59,489 nt of DNA from contig JAGVXK010000019.1 in NCBI GenBank assembly GCA_018303825.1, positions 1 to 59,489 of the forward strand. The letters are read 5' to 3'. The stretch comes from Candidatus Pacearchaeota archaeon. GTDB lineage: Archaea > Nanobdellota > Nanobdellia > Pacearchaeales > GW2011-AR1. Shown one piece after another: positions 48,311 to 58,474 of this stretch. The notes under the pieces were generated by a model. It had not been told where the DNA came from. It saw nothing but the letters and a program-made list of their open reading frames with translations, and searched no databases. Position 1 is the stretch's first letter. Every line of letters starts with the position of its first letter. Position numbers and translations under genes: made by a program.

Positions 48311-48831
48311 AAGATTTTTAGAAACAAATGATATATAAATCTTTCTCCTTTGCTTTTACTCAACTATAGGGATTATTTTTTTAGTTTTTTTTTAATAAAA
48401 TTGATAAATATCTTATTAAAAAAATACTACTAGATATACAAAATCAATTATGTTGGAAATTGGAAAAGTTGTTAATATATTTAAATTCTGCTTTTATCTC
48501 ACCCTATTGTTTCTTATGGAAGATAAAGAAATATTTAAAAAGAAATGGGAAAACTTTTTATCTTTTTATTTTTATTTATAAAGATTTATATTATATATTA
48601 TACTATATTAAATATAATAGATTGGTTCGTATTAATTAATAAACTTTTTTTATTAAGATTATTATAGAGTAGAAACATAGGTGGGTGTATTTTTTGTTTT
48701 AAATTTTTTATTATCTTCGATGATAAAATATTTTCCAATGGAAATAAAGCTCAGAGTACAGATAAGTTTATAATCTGAATCTGTTAGTTTAATTTGGTTT
48801 TGTTTATAAAAAAAATAAAAAAGAGATAAAA
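48311..48831. other. Probable replication origin (oriC)
   Basis: 520-bp AT-rich gap directly upstream of cdc6, with ORB-like boxes at 48498-48522 (-), 48666-48687 (+) and 48733-48749. Confidence 0.65.
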
Positions 48832-50043
48832 ATGGAACAAGAAAGTAAAATAGATAAAATATTTAATTCCTTTGTCAATAATAATTTATTTAAAGATAAG
48901 ACAGTTTTACAATCAAATCATACCCCTGACAATATTCCGCATAGAGATATTCAAATAGAGAGCGTAGCATCAATATTAGCCCCCACATTAAGGGGTGAAA
49001 AAACCAGCAATCTATTCGTTTATGGCAAGACTGGAACCGGAAAAACACTGAGTGTACAGAGAGTTATCAATAAAATTATGAAGAAAATTAAAGAAATGGG
49101 CAACGATAATTTAAAAGTTTTATATGTTAATTGTAAATTAAAAAAAGTTGCAAACACCGAATATCGGATTATTGCCGAGTTAATTAAGCAACTTAAAGGA
49201 AGCATTCCAGCTACCGGATTGCCAACAAATTTTGTTTATTCTAGATTTATCGATATGATTGACGATAAAAAACAAAACATTATTCTTGTTTTAGACGAAG
49301 TTGACCAAGCGGTAAAAAAAATAAGTGATAATTTTATTTATACATTAACAAGAATGAATACAGAATTAAAAAACGCCCAAGTAAGCATAGTTGGCATTTC
49401 AAATAGCTTGACTTTTATGGATAATTTAGACCCTAGAGTTAGGAGTTCTTTGGGAGAGGAAGAGCTTGTTTTCCCACCTTACAATGCATTGCAATTGCAG
49501 GACATATTAAATGAAAGAGCAGAAAAAGCTTTCAGAGAAAACACACTAGAAGAAGGAGTAATTGCTAAGTGTGCTGCTTTGGCTGCCAGGGAGCACGGAG
49601 ACGCGAGAAGGGCCCTAGATTTATTAAGAGTCGCAGGAGAGATCGCAGAAAGAGAAAAAAATGATAAAATAAAATTACAACATATAGACGCCGCAAATCA
49701 AAAAATTGAAAGAGATAAAATGCTTTACATAATTGAAAGTGAGCCAACACAATTTCAATTAGTTTTATGGTCAATAATGAGATTAAATGAAAAAGAAACT
49801 AAATCTATTTTTACAGGAGATATTTATAATGAATATCAAAAAATATGCGAAAAAACGAAAAACGAAATTTTAACCCAAAGAAGAATTTCAGATATTATTG
49901 CTGAATTTGATATGCTTGGAATTATTAACGCGAGAGTAATTAGCAAAGGAAGGCAGGGAAGAACAAGAGAAATTAAACTGATGCTTGCCGCCAATATAAA
50001 AGAGAAAGCAAAAGACATTTTAAAAGACGCATTAAATTTATAA
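48832..50043 (+). CDS. cdc6: Cdc6/Orc1 replication initiator
   Basis: YGKTGTGKT, LDEVD, DPRVRSSL, GDARRALDLL and C-terminal wHTH. Confidence 0.95.
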   Translation: MEQESKIDKIFNSFVNNNLFKDKTVLQSNHTPDNIPHRDIQIESVASILAPTLRGEKTSNLFVYGKTGTGKTLSVQRVINKIMKKIKEMGNDNLKVLYVNCKLKKVANTEYRIIAELIKQLKGSIPATGLPTNFVYSRFIDMIDDKKQNIILVLDEVDQAVKKISDNFIYTLTRMNTELKNAQVSIVGISNSLTFMDNLDPRVRSSLGEEELVFPPYNALQLQDILNERAEKAFRENTLEEGVIAKCAALAAREHGDARRALDLLRVAGEIAEREKNDKIKLQHIDAANQKIERDKMLYIIESEPTQFQLVLWSIMRLNEKETKSIFTGDIYNEYQKICEKTKNEILTQRRISDIIAEFDMLGIINARVISKGRQGRTREIKLMLAANIKEKAKDILKDALNL

Positions 50044-50056
50044 CTTAATAATCCCC

Positions 50057-51637
50057 ATGAATCCAGAAATACTTAAAATAATAAGAGAAGAAGGTTTATT
50101 GCTCGAAAAAGAGATATTCGATATTCTTGACAATTTCCCAGACGTTAATCTAGCAAGAGATTTTCTTTTAAATATTGAAAAAATCTCCGGGCAAAAGATA
50201 ATCACAAAATCCCTTTTAAATAAAAATTTCGAATATGTTAAGGCAATTATATCAAAATTTCCCGGAGAAAATAAAGAATTAGTTGAAAAAGTATTTGTAA
50301 AGCTTGGATTTATGATTGAGATAAAAAAAGAAAGTTTGATAATTGATAAAAAAGAAGAGGAGAAAAAAATATTAAATGCCCCCAATTACCAGATTTTTTA
50401 TTCCACAGTAAAAAATGATAAAAAGATAAAAGTTGAGGACTTTGTCGGTAATTTTAGGTCAAGGTATCATCAATTACAAAGAATTTTGATGCAAAGACAA
50501 GAGCTTCAAAATCTTGTTGCCATAAATAAAATAGGGAACGAGCGGAAGAGTTATAGTATAATTGGTATTGTCAAAGAAAAAAGAAAGTCTAAAAACAATA
50601 ATTTTATTATTAAAATGGAGGATTTGACCGGGGAAATTGCCGTTCTTGTAAAAGTTGATAAATTTGGCGTTTTTGAAAAGGCAGATGAATTATTATTAGA
50701 TGAAGTCATAGGAATAAGGGCATCGGGAGACCGGGAGATGCTTTTTGTGCATGATATTATCTTTCCTGATGCATTTATTTACGAGAAGGTTAAATTCAAT
50801 GAGGATATTGCAATTGGTTTTCTTTCAGATATTCATGCTGGCGGAATGAAGCATTTGCAGAAAAGTTTTGAAAATTTCCTTGAGTGGATAAATAGTGAAG
50901 ACGAATATGCAAAAAAAATAAAATATCTTTTTATTGCCGGAGATAATGTTGATGGCGTCGGTGTTTTTCCCGGACAAGAACATTTATTAAAGTTGAAGAG
51001 TTTAAAGGAACAATATAGATTGCTTGCTTTTTATTTAAAAAAAATTCCAAAACAAATAACTATATTTATGTGTCCTGGACAGCACGATGCAGTCAGATTG
51101 GCAGAACCACAACCAGTTATAGGAAGAAAATACGGCGAAGCCCTATATGACATAGAAAATTTGGTGCTTGTCAGCAATCCCGCAATGATTAAAATTTTAG
51201 AGGGAAATAAGGAATTTAAAATTATGATGTATCATGGGGACAGTATTCATAGTTTTATTCATGGTATAAAAGAATTGAGGGAAACGAAAGCCCATAAAAC
51301 TCCTGCCAGAGCAGTCAAACACATGTTAAAGAGAAGACATTTGTTTCCTATCCACGGAGAAGCAGTTTACATTCCAGATATAAATAAAGACAATCTTGTT
51401 ATCAGTGAAATTCCTGATTTATTTTGTACGGGGGAGGTGCACAAAGTAGATGTTGAGAATTATAATAATATTTTAATTATAACAGGAAGTTGTTGGCAGG
51501 GAATGACCTCACATGAAGAAAAAGTGGGAAACATACCAGATCCTTGCAAGGTGCCTATTTTTAATTTGAAAACAAGAGAATTAAAAATTTTAGATTTTGG
51601 AGTTGAAGAAGAATTAAAGGAGCTGCACATAAGGTAA
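50057..51637 (+). CDS. polD1: DNA polymerase D small subunit DP1
   Basis: OB fold (EDLTG) and phosphoesterase motifs SDIH, GDNVDG, PGQHD and YHG. Directly precedes DP2. Confidence 0.92.
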   Translation: MNPEILKIIREEGLLLEKEIFDILDNFPDVNLARDFLLNIEKISGQKIITKSLLNKNFEYVKAIISKFPGENKELVEKVFVKLGFMIEIKKESLIIDKKEEEKKILNAPNYQIFYSTVKNDKKIKVEDFVGNFRSRYHQLQRILMQRQELQNLVAINKIGNERKSYSIIGIVKEKRKSKNNNFIIKMEDLTGEIAVLVKVDKFGVFEKADELLLDEVIGIRASGDREMLFVHDIIFPDAFIYEKVKFNEDIAIGFLSDIHAGGMKHLQKSFENFLEWINSEDEYAKKIKYLFIAGDNVDGVGVFPGQEHLLKLKSLKEQYRLLAFYLKKIPKQITIFMCPGQHDAVRLAEPQPVIGRKYGEALYDIENLVLVSNPAMIKILEGNKEFKIMMYHGDSIHSFIHGIKELRETKAHKTPARAVKHMLKRRHLFPIHGEAVYIPDINKDNLVISEIPDLFCTGEVHKVDVENYNNILIITGSCWQGMTSHEEKVGNIPDPCKVPIFNLKTRELKILDFGVEEELKELHIR

Positions 51638-51640
51638 AAA

Positions 51641-54600
51641 ATGGATATACATGAATATTTTAATACAATAGAAAAGACAGTTAGAAAGAATTATGAAATT
51701 GCCAACAAAGCCAGAGAAATTGGCATTGACCCAGTTTCCAAGGTAGAAATTCCTATTGCCATGTCTCTGGCTGAAAAAGCAGTCGGTTTAATTTCTACAA
51801 TATATCCCCAGTTGGATAGGGGGGTTGTTGATAGAATTCTTGAATTGGAAAAGCAACATGGACAACTTGATAATGCGGTGGCGTTTCAAATCGCGGAAGA
51901 AATTGCTAAGGAGAAATTCTGCAAATTTGCCGGTTTATTGGAAGCAATAGACGCGGGAATAAGGGTTGGTTTTTCGTATATTACTCTTGGTGTTGTTTCA
52001 AGCCCAATTGAGGGATTTACGCAAATTAGAATAAACAAAACAAAAAATGGAGAAGATTATATTGTTGCTTATTTTTCTGGTCCTATTAGAAGTGCGGGAA
52101 CTACTGCAGCATGTATGGTTTTAATGCTGATTGATTATCTTAGGGAATGCTTTGGGTTTGCCAAATATGATCCGACAGAGGATGAAATTAGAAGATATGT
52201 AACTGAAAATTATGATTACCATGAGAGAGTCACAAATCTTCAGTATTTGCCTACTGAGGAAGAGATAGTTTTTTTAGCAAGAAATTTACCAATACAGATT
52301 TCTGGAGAGCCTAGTGAAGACAGAGAAGTTAGTAATTATAAGAATCTTCCAAGGATAGAAACTGATTTTATCAGAGGAGGGATGTGTTTGATTTTTTCTG
52401 AAGGATTAGCACAAAAGGCGCAAAAGGGCCTAGGATTATGGAGAAGGCTCAAGGAAAAGGGGTTTAAAGTAACAGGCTGGGAATTTTTAGACGAGTATTT
52501 AACGAAATATAAGAAAAAATCCAAGGGAATAAGAGACAATATTCCTACTTATATAAAAGATTTGGTTGCAGGAAGACCTGTTTATTCGCATCCATCAAGA
52601 AGCGGAGGATTTAGGTTTAGATATGGTAGGACACGAACATCAGGATTTAGTGCGAATGCGGTTCATCCTGCGACTATGGCCATTTCAAATTCTTTTTTGA
52701 GTTTTGGAACACAATTAAAAATAGAGAAGCCAACAAAAGGCTGTGTCCTGGGAGTTACAGACGAAATTGATGGACCTATTGTTAAATTAAGAAACGGAAG
52801 TGTGAAAAAACTTGATGATTATGATGATGCCTTAAGAGTTTACAAAGATGTTGAGGAAATAATTTATCTTGGGGACATACTTGTTCCCTTTGGAGATGTG
52901 GCAAACAGGTTCTATGAACTTTTGAAGTCAGGGTATGTTGAAGAATGGTGGTTATTGGAATTAAAAAAGGCAGGATGTAGCGAACAGGTCGATAAATATC
53001 ATGTTAGTTTTGAAAAGGCAGTTGAATTTAGTGTTAAGTACGGAATCCCCCTGCATCCAGAGTATATTTATTATTGGAATGAGATTGATAAGGAGCTGTT
53101 TTTTGGATTGTTGGATTGGCTCTCTAGAGGAAGAGTGTCCAATGGAAAGTTAATCTTGCCTTTTATTTCTTATGAAAGAGAAAGATTCAAGCAGGGAAAA
53201 AGAGCATTGGAATTAATTGGCTGCGAGCATATTGTAAGTTTGGAAAATATAGTTATTGAAGGAAATTATACGAAATCTATCTTATCTAATTTGGGCATTG
53301 AGATAGAAAATGGAATTGAGAAGGAATTTGATAGAATAAATTTAATTATAAAAGAAGCAATTAGCAATGGGAAAAATATTTTGGATGCTGTGAATTTGAT
53401 TTCTAGATTCAAAATAAAGGATAAGTCTGGTGCTTGGATTGGTGCAAGAATGGGAAGGCCGGAAAAGGCGAAATTGAGAAAATTAACTGGAAGTCCACAC
53501 GTAATGTTTCCTGTTGGTGAAGAAGGAGGCAGATTGAGGAGTTTTCAGGCGGCAGTAGAACAAGGATATGTAAACGCGGAATTTTCTGTTTATTATTGCA
53601 AGAAATGCAAAGAGGAAAAAATATACCCCAAATGCGAAAATTGCGGTGAAGTTTGTGAAAAAATGATGTATTGCACCGAATGTGAAAAAAATTATATTGG
53701 GAAATGTGAAGAACACAATATAGGGGTTTCGTTCAGAAGAAAAGAGATAGATATTGTTCATTATTTTGAGAATGCGAAGAAAATTTTGGGAATGCAAAAT
53801 GGCGGGGCTCCGGCAATAATAAAAGGAATAAGGGGGACAAGCAATAAAGAACACAATTGCGAACATTTGGGAAAAGGGTTTTTAAGAGCAAAGCATAATC
53901 TGAACGTGAATAAAGATGGTACCATAAGATATGATATGACTGAAATGCCAATAACTCATTTTAAACCTAAAGAAATAGGCACAAGCGTGGAAAAGTTGAA
54001 AGAATTGGGATATGAATATGATTTTTATGGAAATAAATTAGAAGATAAGGAGCAGATAGTAGAAATTTTTCCCCACGATATAATTCTTTCCAGCTGTCCA
54101 AGTTCCGGAGACGAAAGGGCGGATGATGTTTTTTTTAATGTTGCTAATTTTATAGATGACGAATTGGAAAAGCTTTATGGTGCAGAGAAATTTTTTAATG
54201 CAAAGAACAAAGAAGACATAATTGGAGCTTATTTTGCGTGCATTGCCCCGCATATTTGCACTGCTACTGTTGGAAGATTGATAGGGTTTTCAAAAACACA
54301 ATCTTTACTGGCAAGCCCGTATATGCATGCAGCAATGAGAAGAGATTGCGATGGTGATGAGGCTGCAGTAATATTATTTATGGATTTACTTTTGAATTTT
54401 TCAAGAAAATTTCTTCCCGCACATAGGGGAGGAACACAAGATGCTCCTCTTGTATTGAATATTCAGATTAGGGCAGGAGATGTGGATGATCAAATTCTTG
54501 ATTTTGAGTCTGGACCCTATAGTTTAGACTTATATGAGTTGGCAGAACGAGGAAAACACAGCAGCGATGTAAAAAGCATAGAAACTGTCAGGACAAGGCT

Positions 54601-55096
54601 GAAAACAGGAAAGGACCCCTTAGTGGGGATTCCGTTTACTCACGATGTTAAAGATTTTAATTATACCGTTGTAAACTCTTCGTATAAGTCATTGCCAACT
54701 ATGGGGGAGAAAGTTGAAAAGATGATGGAACTTTGCTCTAAATTAAGAGCAATAGAAGTTAGTGATGTTGCTAGACTTGTTATTGAAAGGCATTTTATAA
54801 GAGACACTAGAGGAAATTTGAGAAAGTTCTCACAGCAGGGGTTTAGATGCACAACTTGCAATTCAAAATACAGAAGGCCTCCGTTACAAGGAAAATGCAC
54901 TAAATGCGGAGGGAGACTAATATTTACAATTTCTGAAGGAAGTATATTGAAATATATGCAACCAGCTCTTGAGTTGGCCAGAAACTTTAATGTTAGTCCA
55001 TATCTTCTTGAAAATCTTGAATTGACAGAAATGTTTATTGAAAGCATATTCGGAAAGGAAAAGGAAAAGCAAGAAAGTATAAAAAAATGGTTTTAA
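51641..55096 (+). CDS. polD2: DNA polymerase D large subunit DP2
   Basis: GPIRSAGTTA, GARMGRPEKAK, AAMRRDCDGDE and C-terminal CTTC...CTKCGG. No intein apparent. Confidence 0.97.
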   Translation: MDIHEYFNTIEKTVRKNYEIANKAREIGIDPVSKVEIPIAMSLAEKAVGLISTIYPQLDRGVVDRILELEKQHGQLDNAVAFQIAEEIAKEKFCKFAGLLEAIDAGIRVGFSYITLGVVSSPIEGFTQIRINKTKNGEDYIVAYFSGPIRSAGTTAACMVLMLIDYLRECFGFAKYDPTEDEIRRYVTENYDYHERVTNLQYLPTEEEIVFLARNLPIQISGEPSEDREVSNYKNLPRIETDFIRGGMCLIFSEGLAQKAQKGLGLWRRLKEKGFKVTGWEFLDEYLTKYKKKSKGIRDNIPTYIKDLVAGRPVYSHPSRSGGFRFRYGRTRTSGFSANAVHPATMAISNSFLSFGTQLKIEKPTKGCVLGVTDEIDGPIVKLRNGSVKKLDDYDDALRVYKDVEEIIYLGDILVPFGDVANRFYELLKSGYVEEWWLLELKKAGCSEQVDKYHVSFEKAVEFSVKYGIPLHPEYIYYWNEIDKELFFGLLDWLSRGRVSNGKLILPFISYERERFKQGKRALELIGCEHIVSLENIVIEGNYTKSILSNLGIEIENGIEKEFDRINLIIKEAISNGKNILDAVNLISRFKIKDKSGAWIGARMGRPEKAKLRKLTGSPHVMFPVGEEGGRLRSFQAAVEQGYVNAEFSVYYCKKCKEEKIYPKCENCGEVCEKMMYCTECEKNYIGKCEEHNIGVSFRRKEIDIVHYFENAKKILGMQNGGAPAIIKGIRGTSNKEHNCEHLGKGFLRAKHNLNVNKDGTIRYDMTEMPITHFKPKEIGTSVEKLKELGYEYDFYGNKLEDKEQIVEIFPHDIILSSCPSSGDERADDVFFNVANFIDDELEKLYGAEKFFNAKNKEDIIGAYFACIAPHICTATVGRLIGFSKTQSLLASPYMHAAMRRDCDGDEAAVILFMDLLLNFSRKFLPAHRGGTQDAPLVLNIQIRAGDVDDQILDFESGPYSLDLYELAERGKHSSDVKSIETVRTRLKTGKDPLVGIPFTHDVKDFNYTVVNSSYKSLPTMGEKVEKMMELCSKLRAIEVSDVARLVIERHFIRDTRGNLRKFSQQGFRCTTCNSKYRRPPLQGKCTKCGGRLIFTISEGSILKYMQPALELARNFNVSPYLLENLELTEMFIESIFGKEKEKQESIKKWF

Positions 55097-55304
55097 AACC
55101 ATTTTACATATTTATAATTTAATTCTTAAATGACTTATTAGCAAGCTTAGTAGCAGTTATTACGGGGATAAAGCAAGGCAGGAAATGCAATTAAAAAATA
55201 AAATAGTTTAACATGGTAATTAGCTAAATATTCAACAAAGATAATTAGTTTTGGATAATGGTTTTGTTTATTGTCTAATGCTCATAACTTGTTAGGGTAG
55301 TTCA

Positions 55305-56879
55305 TCATTTAATTAATGAATAAAAAAGAACGTTTTGTCCTATATTCAGGGCATCAACTGCATTATATCCCAAAGAATAGGGATTTGGTGAGAATTCCCA
55401 ACCTCCAGAAAGTCCTGCGGGGCTGTAAATTATAGGATATCTTCTTTCTTTCTCGATTCCTAATAAAATCGGGCGGATTAAGGGTTTTTTTGTTTTAGAA
55501 GCAAGAGCGGGAGTTACTTCTGCCTGCCCAACAATATTCGGATTTTGAAAGAGTATATTTTCCAGTGGAATTTGCCTTAAATCTCCAAATGTTATGCTTA
55601 TTTCTCTTTTAAATGATTCATTAAAAGCCTTTCTTCCGCAGCAAGCTTCCGCGAAAAGAGTTCCCCCATTTTTAATATAAATTTTCAGTGCTTCTCTTTC
55701 CTGCTGGGAAAAGGAGAAAGATTCATGCCCCGTCATGTAAATCAATGGGGAATCTGGAAGTTCCTTGTCAGTAAGTCTGATTTCTTTAATATTATATTTG
55801 ACAGGGATTTCTGTTTTTTGGTTGAATGTATTCAAGAGAACTGAAAGGCCTTTATGCCTTGTTTTCCATTCTCCATCATAAATGATTTGTGCAATCGCTA
55901 ATTTGCCGGCATTGGACTTATTCTCATCAAGGAATTGCATTTGCTCTATAAAATCCCTTAACCATGCTCTCTGTGTTTTTGCGTAATAAATCATATTGAT
56001 TCCTAATTTTTGCGCATAATCAGAAGAATAAGCAGGGTAATCTTCATTTTCATTTTCTTCAAAACCGACTGCCATGCAAACAGGTGATAAGAAAGCAGGG
56101 GTTCGACAATCAATAGTTATTCCTTCAAGATTTGGCTGTGATAAGTTGATTCCTAATCTGCCTGCCCCCTTTCTATATTTTGGCTGTTGTAAATCATAAT
56201 ATGAACCAAAAACAGGATGGTCTGTTCCAAGCTTTCTTAAAGGTATTTCTGGAAATATTTTTTCTAGCTCAAATCTAGCAGAGTCACAAAACGGCTTTGA
56301 GCCGAGGCCTGTATTTAATATCAATGTGCCTCCTTTGAGCATATATTTTCTGAGTATATCTCTTTGAGTGTCATCAAATTGGAAATGGTAATGCCCTGTC
56401 AGGAAGAGAATGGGATTACTTTCAGGGTCTGAGCTTATTTGTCCAAGTGATTTGACTTCCATTGAATAATCTAGATTTATAGTCTGTTTTATTCTTTTTA
56501 ACAGATTATTTATGTCATTTGGGGTTGCGCACCAATATTTGAAATCATTTCCTACTTTTAATTTTGTCAAAATAATGGGCGGTTGAGGAGGTCTTTTTTT
56601 TTCGCTTCTTGCCTGAGGAGTGACTGGAGGTCCAGGATAAGGAACTGTAGTTTCTGCTGAAGATATTTGTGCTGATGGCGGTGGAGGAAGAATTGTGGTT
56701 GGCGGCGGGACAAATCCTGGTTCATCAGAACCATCTCCAGAGGCATAGGCATTCTGAGAAATAAATGAAGAATTTACCAAACTGTCAAGTGATTTTTTCT
56801 GCTTTGGCAAAAAGTCTGTTGAAATGTCAATTGCAAGAGCAAGAGAGCCAGAAAGAAATAGTTTTTTCATGAAGTTCAT
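55305..56879 (-). CDS. Exported protein with two DUF4159-like domains and a Pro-rich linker
   Basis: Two homologous halves (PILFLTGH..F...L..Y...GGTL / PLIYMTGH..F...L..Y...GGTL), each ending in A..(L/I)G.N...Y. Confidence 0.7.
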   Translation of the reverse strand: MNFMKKLFLSGSLALAIDISTDFLPKQKKSLDSLVNSSFISQNAYASGDGSDEPGFVPPPTTILPPPPSAQISSAETTVPYPGPPVTPQARSEKKRPPQPPIILTKLKVGNDFKYWCATPNDINNLLKRIKQTINLDYSMEVKSLGQISSDPESNPILFLTGHYHFQFDDTQRDILRKYMLKGGTLILNTGLGSKPFCDSARFELEKIFPEIPLRKLGTDHPVFGSYYDLQQPKYRKGAGRLGINLSQPNLEGITIDCRTPAFLSPVCMAVGFEENENEDYPAYSSDYAQKLGINMIYYAKTQRAWLRDFIEQMQFLDENKSNAGKLAIAQIIYDGEWKTRHKGLSVLLNTFNQKTEIPVKYNIKEIRLTDKELPDSPLIYMTGHESFSFSQQEREALKIYIKNGGTLFAEACCGRKAFNESFKREISITFGDLRQIPLENILFQNPNIVGQAEVTPALASKTKKPLIRPILLGIEKERRYPIIYSPAGLSGGWEFSPNPYSLGYNAVDALNIGQNVLFYSLIK

Positions 56880-56920
56880 GATACATTATATTAAATTGAG
56901 AATATATACTTTTTGGTTTT

Positions 56921-58135
56921 TTAATTAAGTAGATAATATGCAATGCTTGGCAGGATGAGAGAGCCCATCATATTTATTCTTCTCGAGTTTGAGAGAATTG
57001 TGAATAGACCGAGGCAGGAAGCGATTAATAAAACTATGAAACCAAAAAAATTTGAAAATACCATATTAAACATCAGTATTATTGTGATAATTATAATTGT
57101 TAGATATGTGTAATTTATTTTATTGATAAACCTGGAGGTTAATTTAGAGAGATAAATGCCTAAGAAAAAAGCAGCAATACAGGCAACAATAATTACTGCC
57201 AGAATTATTAGAAGGTTGTTAAAAGATATTTGTTTTAATAAGGTTCGGACTGCAACTGCTGAGCCGGTTCTTGTTTTTTGGATTGCGTAGGCAGTCACAA
57301 AGCTAAGAGACATAACGACAGTATTTATTATTCCAAGCATAAACAAGAAGGACTTTGGATTCTTATTTTCATTCTTGTTGGAAATCTCAGATGCAAGAAC
57401 TGCTGCATGCCCAGAACCTATTCCTGGAAGAAAAGAGCATAAGGGGGAGGATATTGCCGCCGATAAAGTTGATTTGATTAAATCTTTTTTTGGCAGTTTA
57501 ATTTCTTTTAACGAGATTATCTTTTGCTTGTTTATTTTTGGTTTTTGCTTTAATGAGATAAATAAACTTGAAAGGCCGAATAGACCGGAAAGCAAGGGCA
57601 TTAAGGGCTGTTTTATTGGGAGATTAAAAGTCAAATATCCTAAAAATCCGGCTAAGAAAAAGACAATAACAGCATTAAGGGTATTCTCCTCTCTTAAGAT
57701 TAAATAGAGGGAGATAAAGATTAATAAAAATGGCATTATTGATTTTATTATTGCAAACAATCCTGGGAGAAACCAAATGAAAACAGGTGTGAAGATTAGG
57801 ATAATTGGAATTGCTGTTAAACCTCCATACAATGTAAAGACAAAAGCTTCATGCGCTTTTCCTTGTTTAAGCATTTTGTGTCCTGGAAGAATTGAAAGAA
57901 AATTTTCATCATCTGGGGCGCCAAGATAAATAGAAGGGATAAAATCTATGAATACATGGGTTATGGACATTGCAACTATGAATATTGCCAGAGAAATCAA
58001 GGGAATAGAAGAAAAATAGCCTAATGACGAAAGAAGAAATGCTGCGATGAGATTAATATGAATTCCAGGCATCAAGCCCGTAAATGTGCCGCATGCAATT
58101 CCTATAGCTAGTGCAAGAATAATTTCGAGAATCAT
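56921..58135 (-). CDS. TctA/DUF112-family permease
   Basis: GTFTGLMPGIHINL, FIPSIYLGAPD...LPGH and LPGIGSG.AA. Confidence 0.85.
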   Translation of the reverse strand: MILEIILALAIGIACGTFTGLMPGIHINLIAAFLLSSLGYFSSIPLISLAIFIVAMSITHVFIDFIPSIYLGAPDDENFLSILPGHKMLKQGKAHEAFVFTLYGGLTAIPIILIFTPVFIWFLPGLFAIIKSIMPFLLIFISLYLILREENTLNAVIVFFLAGFLGYLTFNLPIKQPLMPLLSGLFGLSSLFISLKQKPKINKQKIISLKEIKLPKKDLIKSTLSAAISSPLCSFLPGIGSGHAAVLASEISNKNENKNPKSFLFMLGIINTVVMSLSFVTAYAIQKTRTGSAVAVRTLLKQISFNNLLIILAVIIVACIAAFFLGIYLSKLTSRFINKINYTYLTIIIITIILMFNMVFSNFFGFIVLLIASCLGLFTILSNSRRINMMGSLILPSIAYYLLN

Positions 58136-58467
58136 TTTGTTTCTATTTTAGTTATCTTTATTGTTTTGTTATTATAATAACCATTAACTATTCCGTAAAT
58201 TTGGACTGTTCTGTCCATTAAAGAATAAGTAACAAGGGAATTTGGAACTTTCATGGTAAAATTATTTATTATAATTATAGAAGTGGAAGAAGAAGTTTTT
58301 TGATAGCTGACCTTTCCCTCTATCATTATCTTTTGATTTATTTCCAGGGAGTTTATCTGGCTATTTGCGGTTATTTTTATTATGTTGATTGGCAAAATGA
58401 GAAGGAACAATAAATCTATACTTCCAAGCAGGGTTATTAATAGAGCGAGAAGCGCAATCTTCTGCAT
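58132..58467 (-). CDS. Membrane-anchored OB-fold-like protein
   Basis: N-terminal TM, then I.IEGKV...VQIYG.V..Y. Confidence 0.55.
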   Translation of the reverse strand: MQKIALLALLITLLGSIDLLFLLILPINIIKITANSQINSLEINQKIMIEGKVSYQKTSSSTSIIIINNFTMKVPNSLVTYSLMDRTVQIYGIVNGYYNNKTIKITKIETK

Positions 58468-58474
58468 TTTATCG

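Noticed and set aside
248-57707. Numerous short antisense or overlapping ORFs in the six-frame track (e.g. 4440-4832, 11658-12035, 33242-33841, 43249-43581)
   Set aside because: They lie opposite or inside well-supported genes and have no motifs, so they are most likely shadow ORFs.
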